Source: Zootoca vivipara (lineage: Eukaryota). From it: a stretch of 64,000 bases of DNA. The translations under genes were made by a program, and so were the position numbers. Numbering within the stretch: the first letter of the stretch is position 1; each line of letters begins with the position of its first letter. Shown here in pieces: positions 50,307-63,193 of this stretch. The stretch spans positions 29,636,001-29,700,000 of the forward strand of contig NC_083288.1 in the NCBI RefSeq assembly GCF_963506605.1, in the 5' to 3' direction. A model generated the notes under the pieces. The model did no database searches. It worked only from the letters and a program-made list of their open reading frames with translations, and was not told where the DNA came from.

Positions 50307-51687
50307 TATATTTTATTTTTACAAAAGGTCCATGAGTGGCTAGAAGAATCCAGAACATCTTAAAGAGAGAAAGAAATTGCATCTGGAAATGTATTTAAAG
50401 GGAAAGAGTAAGATGTTTATATTTTGTATAACTTTAGTGATACCTGTGTAGTTTTTGGAGGGTTAAATACAAACAATACTACTATTGTGTATTGTGTAGA
50501 ATGTGAAATCCTGCTTGTTATGTGGTCTCTCCTGAAACCTACACTGCACATGGAAAACCCAAGGACCTGTTTTCCATGACAAGCTAAGCCAAAGCTTAAC
50601 TCAGTGAGACGGGACAAATGTTCAACCTCCTGGAAAGAAGATTACAGTAGCCTTGCTCCTCCATGCACCTTTTTACTCTCATCTTAAGCTATACCAGGAT
50701 TTGACTGAGCACATCATCCAAACCAGGACTAATGGTTAGCCTCTGTCCTCACCAACCAAGAGCCTATGCATTTGTACATTCATAAGACTGTGGTCTATGC
50801 ACAGTGTACATTAAGGTTGAAAGCATACAGCAAAGATGAAAACCGTTGAAACCTCCGTGATCCCAACTAGGAAGGAGTTGCAAAGCATTGGGCCCAGAAT
50901 AGTGAATGCATGTCTGCTGGTGAGTATGAGCTATTTGTCTGAGACGTGTGGAACCACTACCAGTGACTCAGTCAAAGACCTCACTGATAAAACAGGGATA
51001 TGGGGAATCAAGCTGTTAAGGTATCCTGGACCTAAGTTGTGATGGGCACTGCAATATAAATTAACCCCCCCCCCAAATGATCTACTTCACTCCTCTAATT
51101 TAATTATATACTTATGAAACGACAGTTTATGACAGTAAATCCTGTTTACAATTTGTTTATAAATATTCAATAAAGCGTTTCCATTATTTAAAATAAAATG
51201 TTTGTTACCTTGATTTCTCCCCCCTCCCCCCCCCCCAGTAAATTTCACAACTTCTGCATATTCCATAAGTTTTTGTATCCATTCTTCTTTCGTCGATTCT
51301 TCTTCTGCTTTCCATTTCTGGGCAAAGGAATTTCTTGGCACTGTAGTAGCATACATGAATAAATTTCTATACTGTTTGGGTATTTCTACCCCTATAATTC
51401 TCAGAAGAAAAAGGACTACTTAGCAGTCAGACCAACACGACTACCTACCTGTACTTAGCAGTAGTTTATCATATGATAATGGTGCATTATGAATCTGGAG
51501 TTGAAAGCTAACATCTCCTTTAGATGAATATTTATTATTACACCATTTTGTTTACTACTTTCTTTTAATTCTACATACCACAAACACCACATCCAAGGCA
51601 GGATTGGATACCAAATATAAGTTATCAGAAAAGGACATAAACCTATGCTTATCTTCCTGTTTTCCTCTAGAAGCAGCAATCATTTTA

Positions 51688-52683
51688 ATGATGAATGCAA
51701 AGACAGGCAATGAATCCTCTGTCTCTGAATTTCTACTCCTGGAATTTTCAGCTGTACGGGAACTGCAGATTCTACACTTCTTTCTGTTTCTGGTATTGTA
51801 CCTGGCAACTGTATTTGGGAATCTTCTCATCATCTCTGCTGTAGCCTTTGACCATCACCTTCACACTCCTATGTACTTCTTTCTGATGAACCTGGCCATA
51901 CAGGACATAGGGGCTGTTTCAGTCACCATCCCCAAATCCATGGCCAATTCTCTCATGAATATCAGACACATATCTTATGCTGGATGTGTTGCTCAAGTGC
52001 TTTCATTATTTTTCTTTGGATCATCTGATGTCGCCCTTCTTACAGTCATGGCGTACGATCGCTATGTTGCCATTTGCAATCCCTTACAATATGAAATGGT
52101 GATGAACAGGGCAGCCTGCAAACAAATGGTTGCTGGTGTGTGGGTTGCTGGAATTTTCAATGCAGTCATGCACACGAGTGCAACTTTTGCAACCCCTTTC
52201 TGCTCAAACATTGTCAATCAGTTTTTCTGTGAGATCCCACAGTTACTTACACTTGCCTGCTCAAACTTCTACCTAATGGAAATCGGAGCTATATTGGCGA
52301 GTATAACAATTGTATCTGGATGTTTTGTCTTCATTGTTTTCACTTATGTGCACATCTTTACTGCAGTTGTGAAACTCCCTTCTGTTCAGGGAAGGAAAAA
52401 GGCCTTCTCCACTTGCATCCCTCACCTTGTTGTCTTCTCCGTATTTTGTTTCACAGCATGCTTTGCTTACCTTAGGCCTCCCTCTAAAACTCCATCTGAC
52501 CTGGACTTTGCATTAACTGTGATGTATACCATTGTACCACCCATGTTCAATCCAATAATTTACAGCATGAGGAATAAGGAGATTAAAAATGCTTTATCAA
52601 AACTCTTGGGTGTGAATCATGCTTCTATGAATATCTTTTCCAGACTTATCCTGAAAAGGTTACATTTCTCTTCGCTGGTCTAA
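51688..52683 (+). CDS. Olfactory receptor family-14-like, intact (OR8, type A)
   Basis: All OR motifs present; the paralogous TAG stop is altered, adding 2 aa. Confidence 0.95.
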   Translation: MMNAKTGNESSVSEFLLLEFSAVRELQILHFFLFLVLYLATVFGNLLIISAVAFDHHLHTPMYFFLMNLAIQDIGAVSVTIPKSMANSLMNIRHISYAGCVAQVLSLFFFGSSDVALLTVMAYDRYVAICNPLQYEMVMNRAACKQMVAGVWVAGIFNAVMHTSATFATPFCSNIVNQFFCEIPQLLTLACSNFYLMEIGAILASITIVSGCFVFIVFTYVHIFTAVVKLPSVQGRKKAFSTCIPHLVVFSVFCFTACFAYLRPPSKTPSDLDFALTVMYTIVPPMFNPIIYSMRNKEIKNALSKLLGVNHASMNIFSRLILKRLHFSSLV

Positions 52684-54690
52684 GCATAGGGAACTGTGGA
52701 GATATCGCAACCAGTTACAGCTTCTAGATAAATTTTGATATGCAAACTCAAAATCTGCCAGGTGTCACAAAGACATCTTGTGTTCCTCCCCCTTAGATGT
52801 ACCATTAATAATTTTGCATCTCTGATCACAAATCATACATTTAGAGAGGGACTGTTTGTCATTTAGTGCATGTCTAATCCTTTCTCTCGTGCCACTGCTT
52901 TCATCAGGCAATCAGCTTTTTTGTTGATTGTCATTTCTTTTTATTTAAAGCTAAAGAGTGGGTTTTCCTGGGGAAAGGAGCATGGAAAGGAGGGAAAAAA
53001 CCATTCACATCATTGGTTTCTAGCTATGGGAAAGGCAAAAGTTGTGGATTAGCCTTGTTTAGGAACTTCGGTTGAGAAGGACCTGTTCTGATTTGATTTA
53101 GGGATTAGCTTTAGAGGGCAACCCATTTTGCCTTCATAAGGCTAAGGAAAACACCCTAGATGGGGCTGTGAGATTCTTGCTAGGCAGTGACACAAATACC
53201 TATTTTAGGCGAAAATAGTCTATCCTAAACTAGTTTTAAACAAGAGTTTTGACTGTGGTTTAAAAGTTCTTTGTAGAGAGTTTTTGCCTGAAACTATTGT
53301 GCCCCAAATAAGTAAAGTTTCTAAAATGAAGTGTTGTGTTTTAAGAGAGTGAATATTAATCTGGAATCCTCATTGAATGTAAATATATAAAATTCTATCT
53401 TTGTTCCAGAAGTGCCTCCTCATTACTTTGAACCTTTGGTGGGAGATAATTGGACACAAGGCATCCTTCACATAAGTAGAACACCTGGCTTTTCTACTTA
53501 ACAGATGTTTGCAGTGTTGATACTAGGGAGCGTTGCATCTTTTAAAAACCCCAGGAAACTGGTCATGTTACCCAACTCCCATCATTAGTGAGGGAATGTG
53601 ACACAGGGGCCACTGACACTATTTCTCAAAATCTTAAAAAGCAAAACAAAATCACATCCTTTCGAAAAATATGACTGGAGTTTCACAGAGGGGAAGTAAT
53701 TCCACACAGGGATTAAGGGTCAGCTTCATAAAACTGATAAGTGTTCATCCCGTTTGTTACCGCTATATTGTTTGGGAATACAGACCATTCCTTGGAGAAA
53801 AAACCTGTCATGCTCTGGAATTCATTAAAAGATGACACACAATATGTCAAACAAAACAACTTCACATTGAACAGATGTACTCTTATGTTTTTTGAGGAAT
53901 GCGCAAAGTGAACGATGTATATAAAATCTAAATAATAGAGCCAAAAAGACCAGTGACACATGTTCCTTGTTACATTCCTTTGGACCTCAGGAAAAAACTT
54001 GAAGTACTCAAATGTATGGAATCTTTATGAATAAATGAAAGGAACTTCATGTTCTGTAGGAAATGTATCCTAACATATTCTAAAGATTTGAACACAATAT
54101 TCTGATTATGAACTTCATATAGTCTCCAGAGAAGGCATGGGAACTGCTTTGATATAGTTTTTTTTTTAAACAAACAAACAAACACCTGCTAATTTGTTAA
54201 TTTATTCATTAGATTGTCAGTCACTATATTTTGCCCAGGGCAACCCAAGACAATATTGATGCACGTTAAATCCCACATAGATATGGAAACTCTGGAGACA
54301 AGTGGTATGTGCTACAAGGCCTCTCATCAACCCCAAAAGTAACCATACACAAATAGAAAAATAGCTGCTGGTCCTTGTATTTGAATGTCAAAAAAATCCA
54401 CACATTTATATATGGGAGACCAGTATTAGCAGAAGCAAATCACAAATACCTTGCCTGCATTGCAAATGGTGGCTTCTAGGATGCCCGACCAACTTTTTTT
54501 TCAGGTGGAACACTAGGGTATTTCCTTAAAGTTATTATTATTATTTTACTATTTGTTGGATTTAAATACCACCCTTCATCACAAGCTATCATGGCAGTTC
54601 ACAAGATAAACACTTTGGTGAAATTTAGAGCACTGACCAAAACACAGGAAGGGGGGAAATGGAGCGGGGAACACCTCACACAACTCTCTG

Positions 54691-54961
54691 CAGTGGCGAA
54701 GGTGCACACTCCAAAACCGGGGGTGGAGAGCAGTTGGGGGCATGGCTGGTGCACATTCTGGGGGCGTGGCATGCTGCCCACGGGGGTGTGGCACACGTCC
54801 AGTAGGCGTGGCATGCCACCCACGAGGGCGTGGCCATGTCCTGGGGGCCTGGTGCCCTGCGTGACGTGGGGTGCGTGGCATGTATACAGGGGTGCAGCCC
54901 CAATGGTCCCCCCTCCCTGATGGTGCGGGGTCAGTGCACTCCCCCCTTTCATCCGCCAGTG
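54691..54961. mobile_element. GC-rich hAT MITE (copy 4)
   Basis: As 6431-6702, with actctctg TSD. Confidence 0.85.
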
Positions 54962-55247
54962 ACTCTCTGTATCATGAAAATAAATAAAAGCATTATTTAT
55001 AAAGAATGAATGAGTGAAACAAGTCTGAGAAAGTCAAGTTGAAACCAGAAGGTTCCAGACAGACTTATGTAGCATTATTATTATTATTTTAAGCATTATA
55101 TAGTGTGCTGTTTAGAAATGGGAAGGTTTTGTTTTGTTTTGTTTTCTACACATCTTAATTATTTGTATTAGACTACTGGGGCCAAGTATTTAGAAACACT
55201 ACTTTTATCTCCTGAGTCCAAGCTTCCAGAGACACAATGGCTAATTT

Positions 55248-55568
55248 CAATCAATCAATATACTTTATTCGACCGCTAGTCAGAACAAAAACATTTCTCA
55301 ATACAAAGATAAACATATAAAACTGAAGGCATCAGGGGGATATATAAAATATAAAAATATAAAAACTGAAGACATCAGTGGGATACATAAAAATATAAAA
55401 ATATAAAACTGAGGGCATCAGCGGGATACATAAATGGGGTATGACCGCACTACTAAACCTCCTACAGGTAACCCACATCAAGACATTCGATTATACGTTT
55501 CCGACACTTGAGCGCCAGGAAAAGAAATTTAGCCACTGAGAAGGTTATTTTCCCAGTGGGCTTGTTTA
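55248..55568 (-). mobile_element. 5'-truncated LINE, RTE-X-like
   Basis: 14-bp TSD acaatggctaattt; minus strand encodes ..KITFSVAKFLFLALKCRKRIIECLDVGYL*; three ~41-bp repeats; aataaag followed by (attg)n tail. Confidence 0.7.
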
Positions 55569-55628
55569 ACAATGGCTAATTTGTGTTGGGCTCTTGAGAC
55601 CAAACTCTGAGGAGTGCATAGAAACAAA

Positions 55629-55677
<49 letters not shown>

Positions 55678-56516
55678 TAATTTTCCACTCCATGTTAAAA
55701 GATTCATTTGGGAAGAGTAGACAGATATGTACTCTGCTACAGAAGAAAAGGAAGGGGTGGTTTCTTAAAATACAGATGAAAATGAAGTGATGAAGAAATT
55801 ACATCTGGAAATCTACTTTCTATTAATGAAAAGTGTAAGATATTTATATTTTTATAACTTTAGTGATACCTGAGTAGTTTTCAGAGGACTAAACGCAGAC
55901 AATACTTCTACCGGTATAGTGGATTGTGTAGAATGGGGAAACCTGCTTGTTGCGGTCTCCTGAAACTTATTGAGACTCACATAGAATACCCAATGACCTG
56001 GTTTCCATGACATGCTAAAGCAAATTTTATCTTAGGAAGACTGCAGAAATGTTGAACCTCATGGAGAGAAGAATACTGTAGCTTTGATCCTCCATGATCC
56101 TTTTTACGGTCAGCTCAAGCTTCACCAAGTTTTTTTTTAGCATGTCATCCAAGCTAAGGCTAGTGGTTAGCCTCTCTCCTCACCAACCATGAACTTCAAC
56201 CAAGAACAAACCTTCATTGCAGCTCCAAGTGAGTGAGGAGGGAGCTGAAGCACCTTGTCTTGGCTTAGCATAATGTGTCAGCAAAAAGATCTGGGGAAGA
56301 GCAAAGCAGCTGTGACCCTCTACATTATACATGAATAACAATGTGGATTGTACACAGTATGCATTAAGGTTAAAAACATATAACAAAGCTAAGAACAGTT
56401 GAAACCTGTGTGATCTTAAGTAGGAAGCAGTTCAAAAGCATTAGGCGCACAATACAGAAAACAGAAGACAGGTGAGTATGTGCCAAGTGTGTGAACTATT
56501 ATCAGTGGCTCTTGCC

Positions 56517-56547
<31 letters not shown>

Positions 56548-57284
56548 TCTAGTAGCACCTTGGAAACCAACATGAAGAATTGTGCATGCACACAAAAGCT
56601 CATGCCAAGAACAAACTTAGTTGGTCTCTAAAGTGCTACTGGACAATTTATTTATTTATTTAATGCATTTTTACTGCGTCAGACCAACACGGCTACCTAC
56701 CTGAATCTTGCCGAGGACTCACTGAGTGAATAGGGATATTAGGAATCAAGCTTTTATCATATCCATGACTAAATTGTTATGGACATTGGAATTTAATAGA
56801 AACTTGATTTTGAATTTGCATCATAAAGGCAGCAAGTTATCCCGCTATATTAAAGAGTGTCTTCAGTTTTGATACTGAATTACGATATCAAAATATGTTT
56901 TGTCAATATGGGGATTCTCTCAAGCTGCATCTGCCCTCTGCAAATTTCCACATACTAAGCAAGTATGGCAATGATGGCAGTGGGACTCCCGTGTTCCTCC
57001 TCTAGCAGTGGCAGCATTCGACTTCAAGAGCCTCTGAACAGCACAACCCACTAGTTTTGAAACACTGGTAGCTTATTTTAAAATAGTGATATATAATCTA
57101 TATCGAGCTGAAAGCTAAGTTCTAATTTACATAAAGATTTGTTTTTTCTCCTTTTTAGTTCACTTATTTCTTTTACCTTCAACATCCAACAAAACCTCTT
57201 CCAAAGTAGTAAATATTTGTTATCACAAGAGGACTTAAACCAATATATATCTGTTTTCTTCCAGAGGCAGGAAGAATTTTAGTG

Positions 57285-58246
57285 ATGAATGAGAGAATAA
57301 ATAATGAATCCTCTGTCTCTGAATTTCTGCTCCTGGAGTTCTCAGCAATACGAGAACTGCAGATTCTACACTTCTCTCTGTTCCTGGCATTGTACCTGGC
57401 AACTGTATTTGGGAATCTTCTCATCATCTCTGCCGTAGCTTTTGACCACCACCTTCACACTCCCATGTACTTTTTTCTGATGAATTTGGCCATACAGGAC
57501 CTAGGGGCTGTTTCAGTCACCATCCCCAAATCCATCATGAATTCTCTCATGAATACCAGACACATTTCTTACACTGGATGTATTGCTCAAGTTCTTTTCT
57601 TTGTTTTCTTCTTGGCCTCTGATATTTCCCTTCTTACAGTCATGGCATATGATCGCTATGTTGCCATCTGCAATCCATTACAATATGAAATGGTGATGAA
57701 CAGGGCAGTCTGCAAACAAATGGTTGCTGGTGTTTGGTTTGCTGGCCTTCTGTATGCAATCATGCACACGAGTGCAACTTTTGCAACCCCTTTCTGCTCA
57801 AACATTGTCAATCAGTTTTTCTGTGAGATCCCACAATTACTTACACTAGCTTGCTCAAACTTCTACCTAATGGAAATCGGAGCTATAGTGGTGAGTATAA
57901 TACTTGTGTCTGGGTGTTTTGTCTTCATTGTTGTCACTTATGTTCATATCTTTACTGCAGTTCTGAAAATCCCTTCTGTTCAAGGAAGGAAAAAGGCCTT
58001 CTCCACTTGCATACCTCACCTTGTTGTCTTCTCCGTATTTTGTTTCACAGTATGTTTTGCTTACCTTAGGCCTCCCTCTAAGACTTTGCATTAACTGTGA
58101 TGTATAGTCTTGTACCACCCATGTTCAATCCAATAATCTACAGCATGAGGAATAAGGAGATTAAAAATGCTTTATCAAGACTGTTGGGTTTGAGGCAATC
58201 TCCTCTGGATATATCTTCCAGGCTTGTTCTGAAAAGGTATAATTAA
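57285..58246 (+). pseudogene. Olfactory receptor pseudogene (OR9-psi, type B)
   Basis: 16-bp deletion near 58082, between GACT direct repeats of aagactccatctgacctggactttg, frameshifts before TM7 (new stop 58092-58094). The original frame ends at TAA 58244-58246. Confidence 0.93.
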
Positions 58247-58784
58247 AGGGCACTCCTGGAACAGAGCATAATTTCAAGTTAAATCTTCCTGATAGATTCA
58301 GATATTCAAACTCAACATCTGCTCTGTTTCCCATGGCCATCTTGCATTCTTTCAGCTCAGCTGTATTTTTCCCCCTTTCCTTGTCAGATCCCATGGCATG
58401 TTGATAATAATTTACGTATGTATGTTGAAGTTTTTACCCCGTTGTTCACTTGCATGGTTGTCAAAGTGGCCTACAGTAGGCTGAACATATCTCAGAAGCT
58501 CTTAATCCAGTGGTTTATGGATAGTAAAAAGTTCATGTTTCCCGTCTTCTGTGTCACTCCACATCATGCAAACAGCAATTTTAACAGAGTATTCGGGTTT
58601 TCAATGCACTGATAGCACCTAGAGGAATTGATTTATGCGGTGCCTGGATTTCACAGATTTACTGGTATGTCACATGCACACATATCTAAATTAACATCTC
58701 AGCAAAAAGTACATGCATCTTGGAGGCAGTCAGAAACACAAACACTGCCCTGTGATAGGGAAGTTTCAGAATGCATGGGAAATA

Positions 58785-58985
58785 CCGTGTTTCTCCAAAA
58801 ATAAGACACCGTCTTATATTTATTTTTCTCTTTAAAAAACCCCACTATGGCTTATTTTCAGGGGATGTCTTATTTTTTTTCCTCCTCCTCCTGCCGTGGC
58901 TGGCATTGCTGCTGCACCTATCACTTTGTCTTATTTTCGGGGTATGGCTTATATTCCTTGAATGCTTAAAAATCCTGCTATGGGC
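58785..58985. mobile_element. Tc1/pogo-type MITE, truncated (inverted relative of 38068)
   Basis: ta-ccgtgtttctcc..aaaataagac TIR; interior is the reverse complement of 38110-38260. Confidence 0.8.
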
Positions 58986-59184
58986 CAATGCTGCCAAAAC
59001 GTGCAGAGTTCAAATGTGATACAACACAGGCAGAACACGAAGGCACAGAAATATCCAAAGTCTAAATGTATTGACAGGAAATAAGGTGAACGCAAAGTAC
59101 ATGTGATACAGGGTGGGTCAGCAACGACGCGACAGACAGGTTGCTGGCGTTTAGGACCTGTTTCGCCCAGTATTGGGCTTCTTC

Positions 59185-59750
59185 TTTTTTTAAATGATTT
59201 TTATTGAAGATTTTCAACTTAAACATTTTTCATATCATCATAACATAAGCAATTATCCTAATTATTTTTAAAAAGAAAAAAGAGAAAAGGCACAAAAAAG
59301 AAAAAAGAAAGAATAGAAAAAAAACCCAGCAAATATTGAATCTTATCTAATATTCCTTAACATAATTTCGTCTTCCCCGTCCCTCCCCTCCCGAGTCCAT
59401 TTTAAACCCAGCTTCAGCAGTTTGATCTAAATGATCTAAATTATTACAAAATCAATTATATTCACATTCTTTAGAATTCCCTCAAAATAATCAATCAAAT
59501 ATCTAAATTAAATCCCTTAGCCTATGATTTCCCTAAAAAATATTCCCAATTATTTATTTAATAAATTTGCTATTAATTAATAACCATATCTTTTTTTAAA
59601 AAAAACCCTCCTTCCCCTGATTGGCAATTCCCTGCAAACTTCAACCAGCTCCTTGTGACAGTCGAATTTTAAACCGTTTAATCCATCCCCTATTTAGAAT
59701 TCATTTTATTTTTCACCCCACTCCATCTCTTGCCCACTCCATACCCCCTC
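59185..59750 (-). mobile_element. Probable L1 3'UTR nested in the inverted pLTR
   Basis: Begins with poly-T/tttattg (A tail and aataaa on the minus strand); replaces the middle of the inverted pLTR. Confidence 0.55.
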
Positions 59751-61164
59751 CCTCTAAACCAAACATATCAGAAATTAATACTTACACATCTTGTGTTCTT
59801 TATATTCTCAATTAGAGTAGAATATGGTGGCCTAAGCAAGATTATTCTGTTTGAGTCACACTTATATATACACACACAGCAGAATGTGCACAGCATTTCT
59901 AGAATGAGTTAATACTCTGGATCCCCATTTAAAATTTACGTGTCAGCATCATGACAAAGAAATTCCTTTTTTGGACGTAATTGTTTATGTTTCCGACAAA
60001 ACTCCCTGGCATTTAAACCCTACAAAAAGCCAACAGATCGCTACTCCCTACTCCATTATTCTTCCAGCCATCCATCACATTTGAGAAGGAATCTACCATA
60101 TGGACAATTAATCAGGCTCAAAAGGAATGCTACTGTCGAGAAAGACTACCAAAATGCAGCTTATAAGCTAGGAGAAGCCCTTACTAATTGGGGCTACCCT
60201 GATTACATTATACAAGACGCATACAAATGCGTCAATAGTCGTAATAGGGAATAGTTACTTGCAACACCATCTGACAACACCAACAGAAAATCCCCCCGTT
60301 TAGTTATGGGGATGGATTTCACTCCCCTAGCCCATCATATCAGAAACATAATATACAAACACTGGCACATTGTGGAAGACATTCCTGGCTGTAAAGATCC
60401 CCCGCTCTTAGGGTTTAGAAAGAAAGGGACCCTACGCAATCAATTGGTAAAAGCAGATTGCCTAGAACCGTCATCCATTATTACCAAAGACCACTATAGG
60501 TGCGGCTCCTGCAATTTATGTCCTTACAGTTTGCCAGTTAAGGAGATCAGGAGTGAACACACTCGGTTCACCTTCAAAATTAACTCGATGACAACCTGCA
60601 ATTCTAAGAACGTTGTGTACTGCATTCGGTGTCCCTGTAATAAACTGTACATAGGAAGCACTACGTGACCCCTCAAGGTTCGCATAGGGGAACATAGATC
60701 ACACTTCCGTAACCAAGTTATGGAAGCCCCCCTCACACCTCACTTTATACAAAAGAAGCATAGTGATTCCGACTTCATGTTTTTTGGCATCTGGCAGTAT
60801 AACCCTAAATAATACTTTAGAGATTCTCAGGCAACAAGAAACCAAATTGATTTTCATGCTTAAAACTTTACAACCGCATGGCCTCAATTCAGAGCTTGAT
60901 CTTTCAGTATTCATTTAATCATACACCAACTCTGTAAGTCTGTTCAGTATTTGAATTCTGCCTCTCCCTCCCTAATTGCTTATCTCCCGGGAAGGAGTTT
61001 CCTGTGTGTATATATAAGTGTGACTCAAACAGAATAATCTTGCTTAGGCCACCATATTCTACTCTAATTAAGAATATAAAGGGCACAAGATGTGTAAGTA
61101 TTAATTTCTGATATGTTTGGTTTAGATATCTCTTCTTAACAATGTGTATAACCGAAATCAGTAT

Positions 61165-62156
61165 AGCGCTTTATATCATCCAATATAAAGTGGATTGTGG
61201 TAGGGCTGCTAGGAAATTTAATATAGGGTTTGTGTTCTTGTATAGGCCACAGGTCATGCTGAGTAATGGGGAGTGGGTATGCAAATATGGAAGTTTTAAT
61301 TGGTTGAAGGGTCCCCCTTTTAAAGATCTTGCCCTCCATTTTGGAATCACTTTGCCTTGGCGTTTGAATCCCCTCCCACCCGCCCTTTTTTCTTGCAGGG
61401 TAGCACGACATTTCTATTGCCTTCGGGGCCGCCTGTATTCAGGGGCCAGTAGGAATTTTTCCAATTGGCTGATTGGCTTTGCCTCTTGGTTTTTCGCCTA
61501 CTGCGTTAGCAAATTGTCACAACTTGTTAGGTTGGCGGTTAGGCTTTTGGTTGGTCAAGCGGTTGGTAGAGGGGTGTGGCATCCAGATGCCTACCCCCTC
61601 CACCGTTTGCTCCATATAGAAGTATTCCGTTAAAGGAATCTCGGGGCTTACGCTCTTGTCCTTACCATCCCGCCATTGGCGGGGATGGTGGGCCCAATTA
61701 TAAGAGTAAGAGCCTTGGGGAACATTCTTGGGCAAAGAGAGGAGGGAATGTCTGGGCTCAGCCACCTCCTCTCCCAGGTATGTTCACTTGACTTCCCTTC
61801 AGGAAGTCGGAGCGGGTACTGTCCAAGCGGACAGTGGTGAGTCCTGTCCCATGGTGACAGCTGAAGTGAGTCCTGCCCCAAGGTGGGCAGATGAGGTGAG
61901 TCCTGTCCGAAGGGGGCAGCTGATTGAGTCCTGTCCCAAGTGGACAGATGAGTTGAGTCCTGTCCTCAGTGGACAGATGGTGATAGTCCTTCTTAAGAAA
62001 GGACGAGTGGATAACCAAAAGCCTAAGCCAACACTCGGATTAATTGGTGTAATTAAATAAAGTTGTGGCCTAAATTAATTGCCAAAAACCAAACCATAAT
62101 TCTGGTGTCAGTTGTGAGTTATTTCAGGTAAATTTCTGGTAAGCCTCGACACACAA
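61165..62156 (+). mobile_element. Non-coding DIRS/Ngaro-like insertion nested in the Penelope pLTR
   Basis: Interrupts cagtat|tctattttt, which is intact at 62268; no TSD; carries aataaagttgtggcc; ends gacacacaa. Confidence 0.55.
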
Positions 62157-62464
62157 TCTATTTTTGCTGTTACTGAATTTGAAAAATTAACTAGAAAACA
62201 CTGTAAGTACTAATTTCTGATATGTTTGGTTTAGATATCTGTTCTTAATAATGTGTATAACTGAAATCAGTATTCTATTTTTGTTGTTAGTGAATCTGAA
62301 AAATTAACAAGAAAACACTGTGGCCTAAGCCTAAATAAGAAACTGTACTTTCACTGTAAGTATTGCTTGTACAAATTTGTTTGTCCAAACACCATTTTAG
62401 ATATTTTGTTTAAATACTAAAGAACTTAACTTGAATGTATTAAAATAACATAAAGAAGAAGATA

Positions 62465-62522
62465 CCACTGAAGAAGCCCAATACTGGGCGAAACAGGTCC
62501 TAAACGCCGGCAACCTGTCTGT
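62465..62522 (+). ncRNA. Hammerhead ribozyme in Penelope pLTR
   Basis: CUGAAGA-a-GCCCA(auac)UGGGC-GAAA-CAGGU(14-nt loop)ACCUG-UC; stem I is weak. Confidence 0.75.
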
Positions 62523-63192
62523 TGCGTCATTGCTGACCCACCCTGTATCGCATGTACTTTGTGTTCACCTTATTTCCTGTCAATACATTTAGACTTTGGA
62601 TATTTCTGTGCCTTCGTGTTCTGCCTGTGTTGTATCACATTTGAACTCTGCACGTTCTTTCAGAGTCCCCAGTTAATGGAAAAACTCTTCTCCCACACCG
62701 TTCAAAGTACCAAAGTGTTTATTGTCTCCAGACACAAGAGATTCCTAAACACTACTATATGTACAGTTCTTCTGGATTTTGAAGTAAAGATACATACGTA
62801 CAGAGATCTGCTAACACTATCACCATGCTAGCTAACACTGCTTTGTAAAAACCTACAACCTCTTCTCCTTTCTCTCACAGATTCAGACCCTGACACCCAA
62901 GCAGGACAGCAACAGGACATGCACAGCAAATCCATAATGAAAGCAAAGCCCTAGAGATTATTATACATTTGTCTATGTGTAGACATGTTTCCTGAACCAA
63001 TGGCTCAGTAAGTCATACACTGGACCTCGTTGGTGTTGCCGTGGTAACAAAGTGCACCTGGTACCCTTATCTCAGAACATTCAGACATGGGGTATTTATA
63101 CCTTAAGACAGGAGCCCAAGCACTGTGTAATTTAACCTATTGTTCATATTACACCCACAAGATGGTGTATCACATTTCTAAAGGAATTCATG

Positions 63193-63193
<1 letters not shown>

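Larger units (their letters stand above)
58999..62656 (+). mobile_element. Penelope-like element: inverted pLTR + truncated RT/GIY-YIG ORF + pLTR
   Basis: 58999-59184 is the reverse complement of 62471-62656, and 59753-59877 of ~61004-61126. The degraded ORF at ~59900-60918 has IPFLDV, KKPTDR..LHYSSSHP and NVVYCIRCPCNKLYIGSTT*PLKVRIGEH. Confidence 0.9.

Noticed and set aside
61819-61976. CRISPR-like appearance of the palindromic repeats; the 121-bp array was also considered
   Set aside because: Vertebrate DNA, no unique spacers of CRISPR length and no cas genes.
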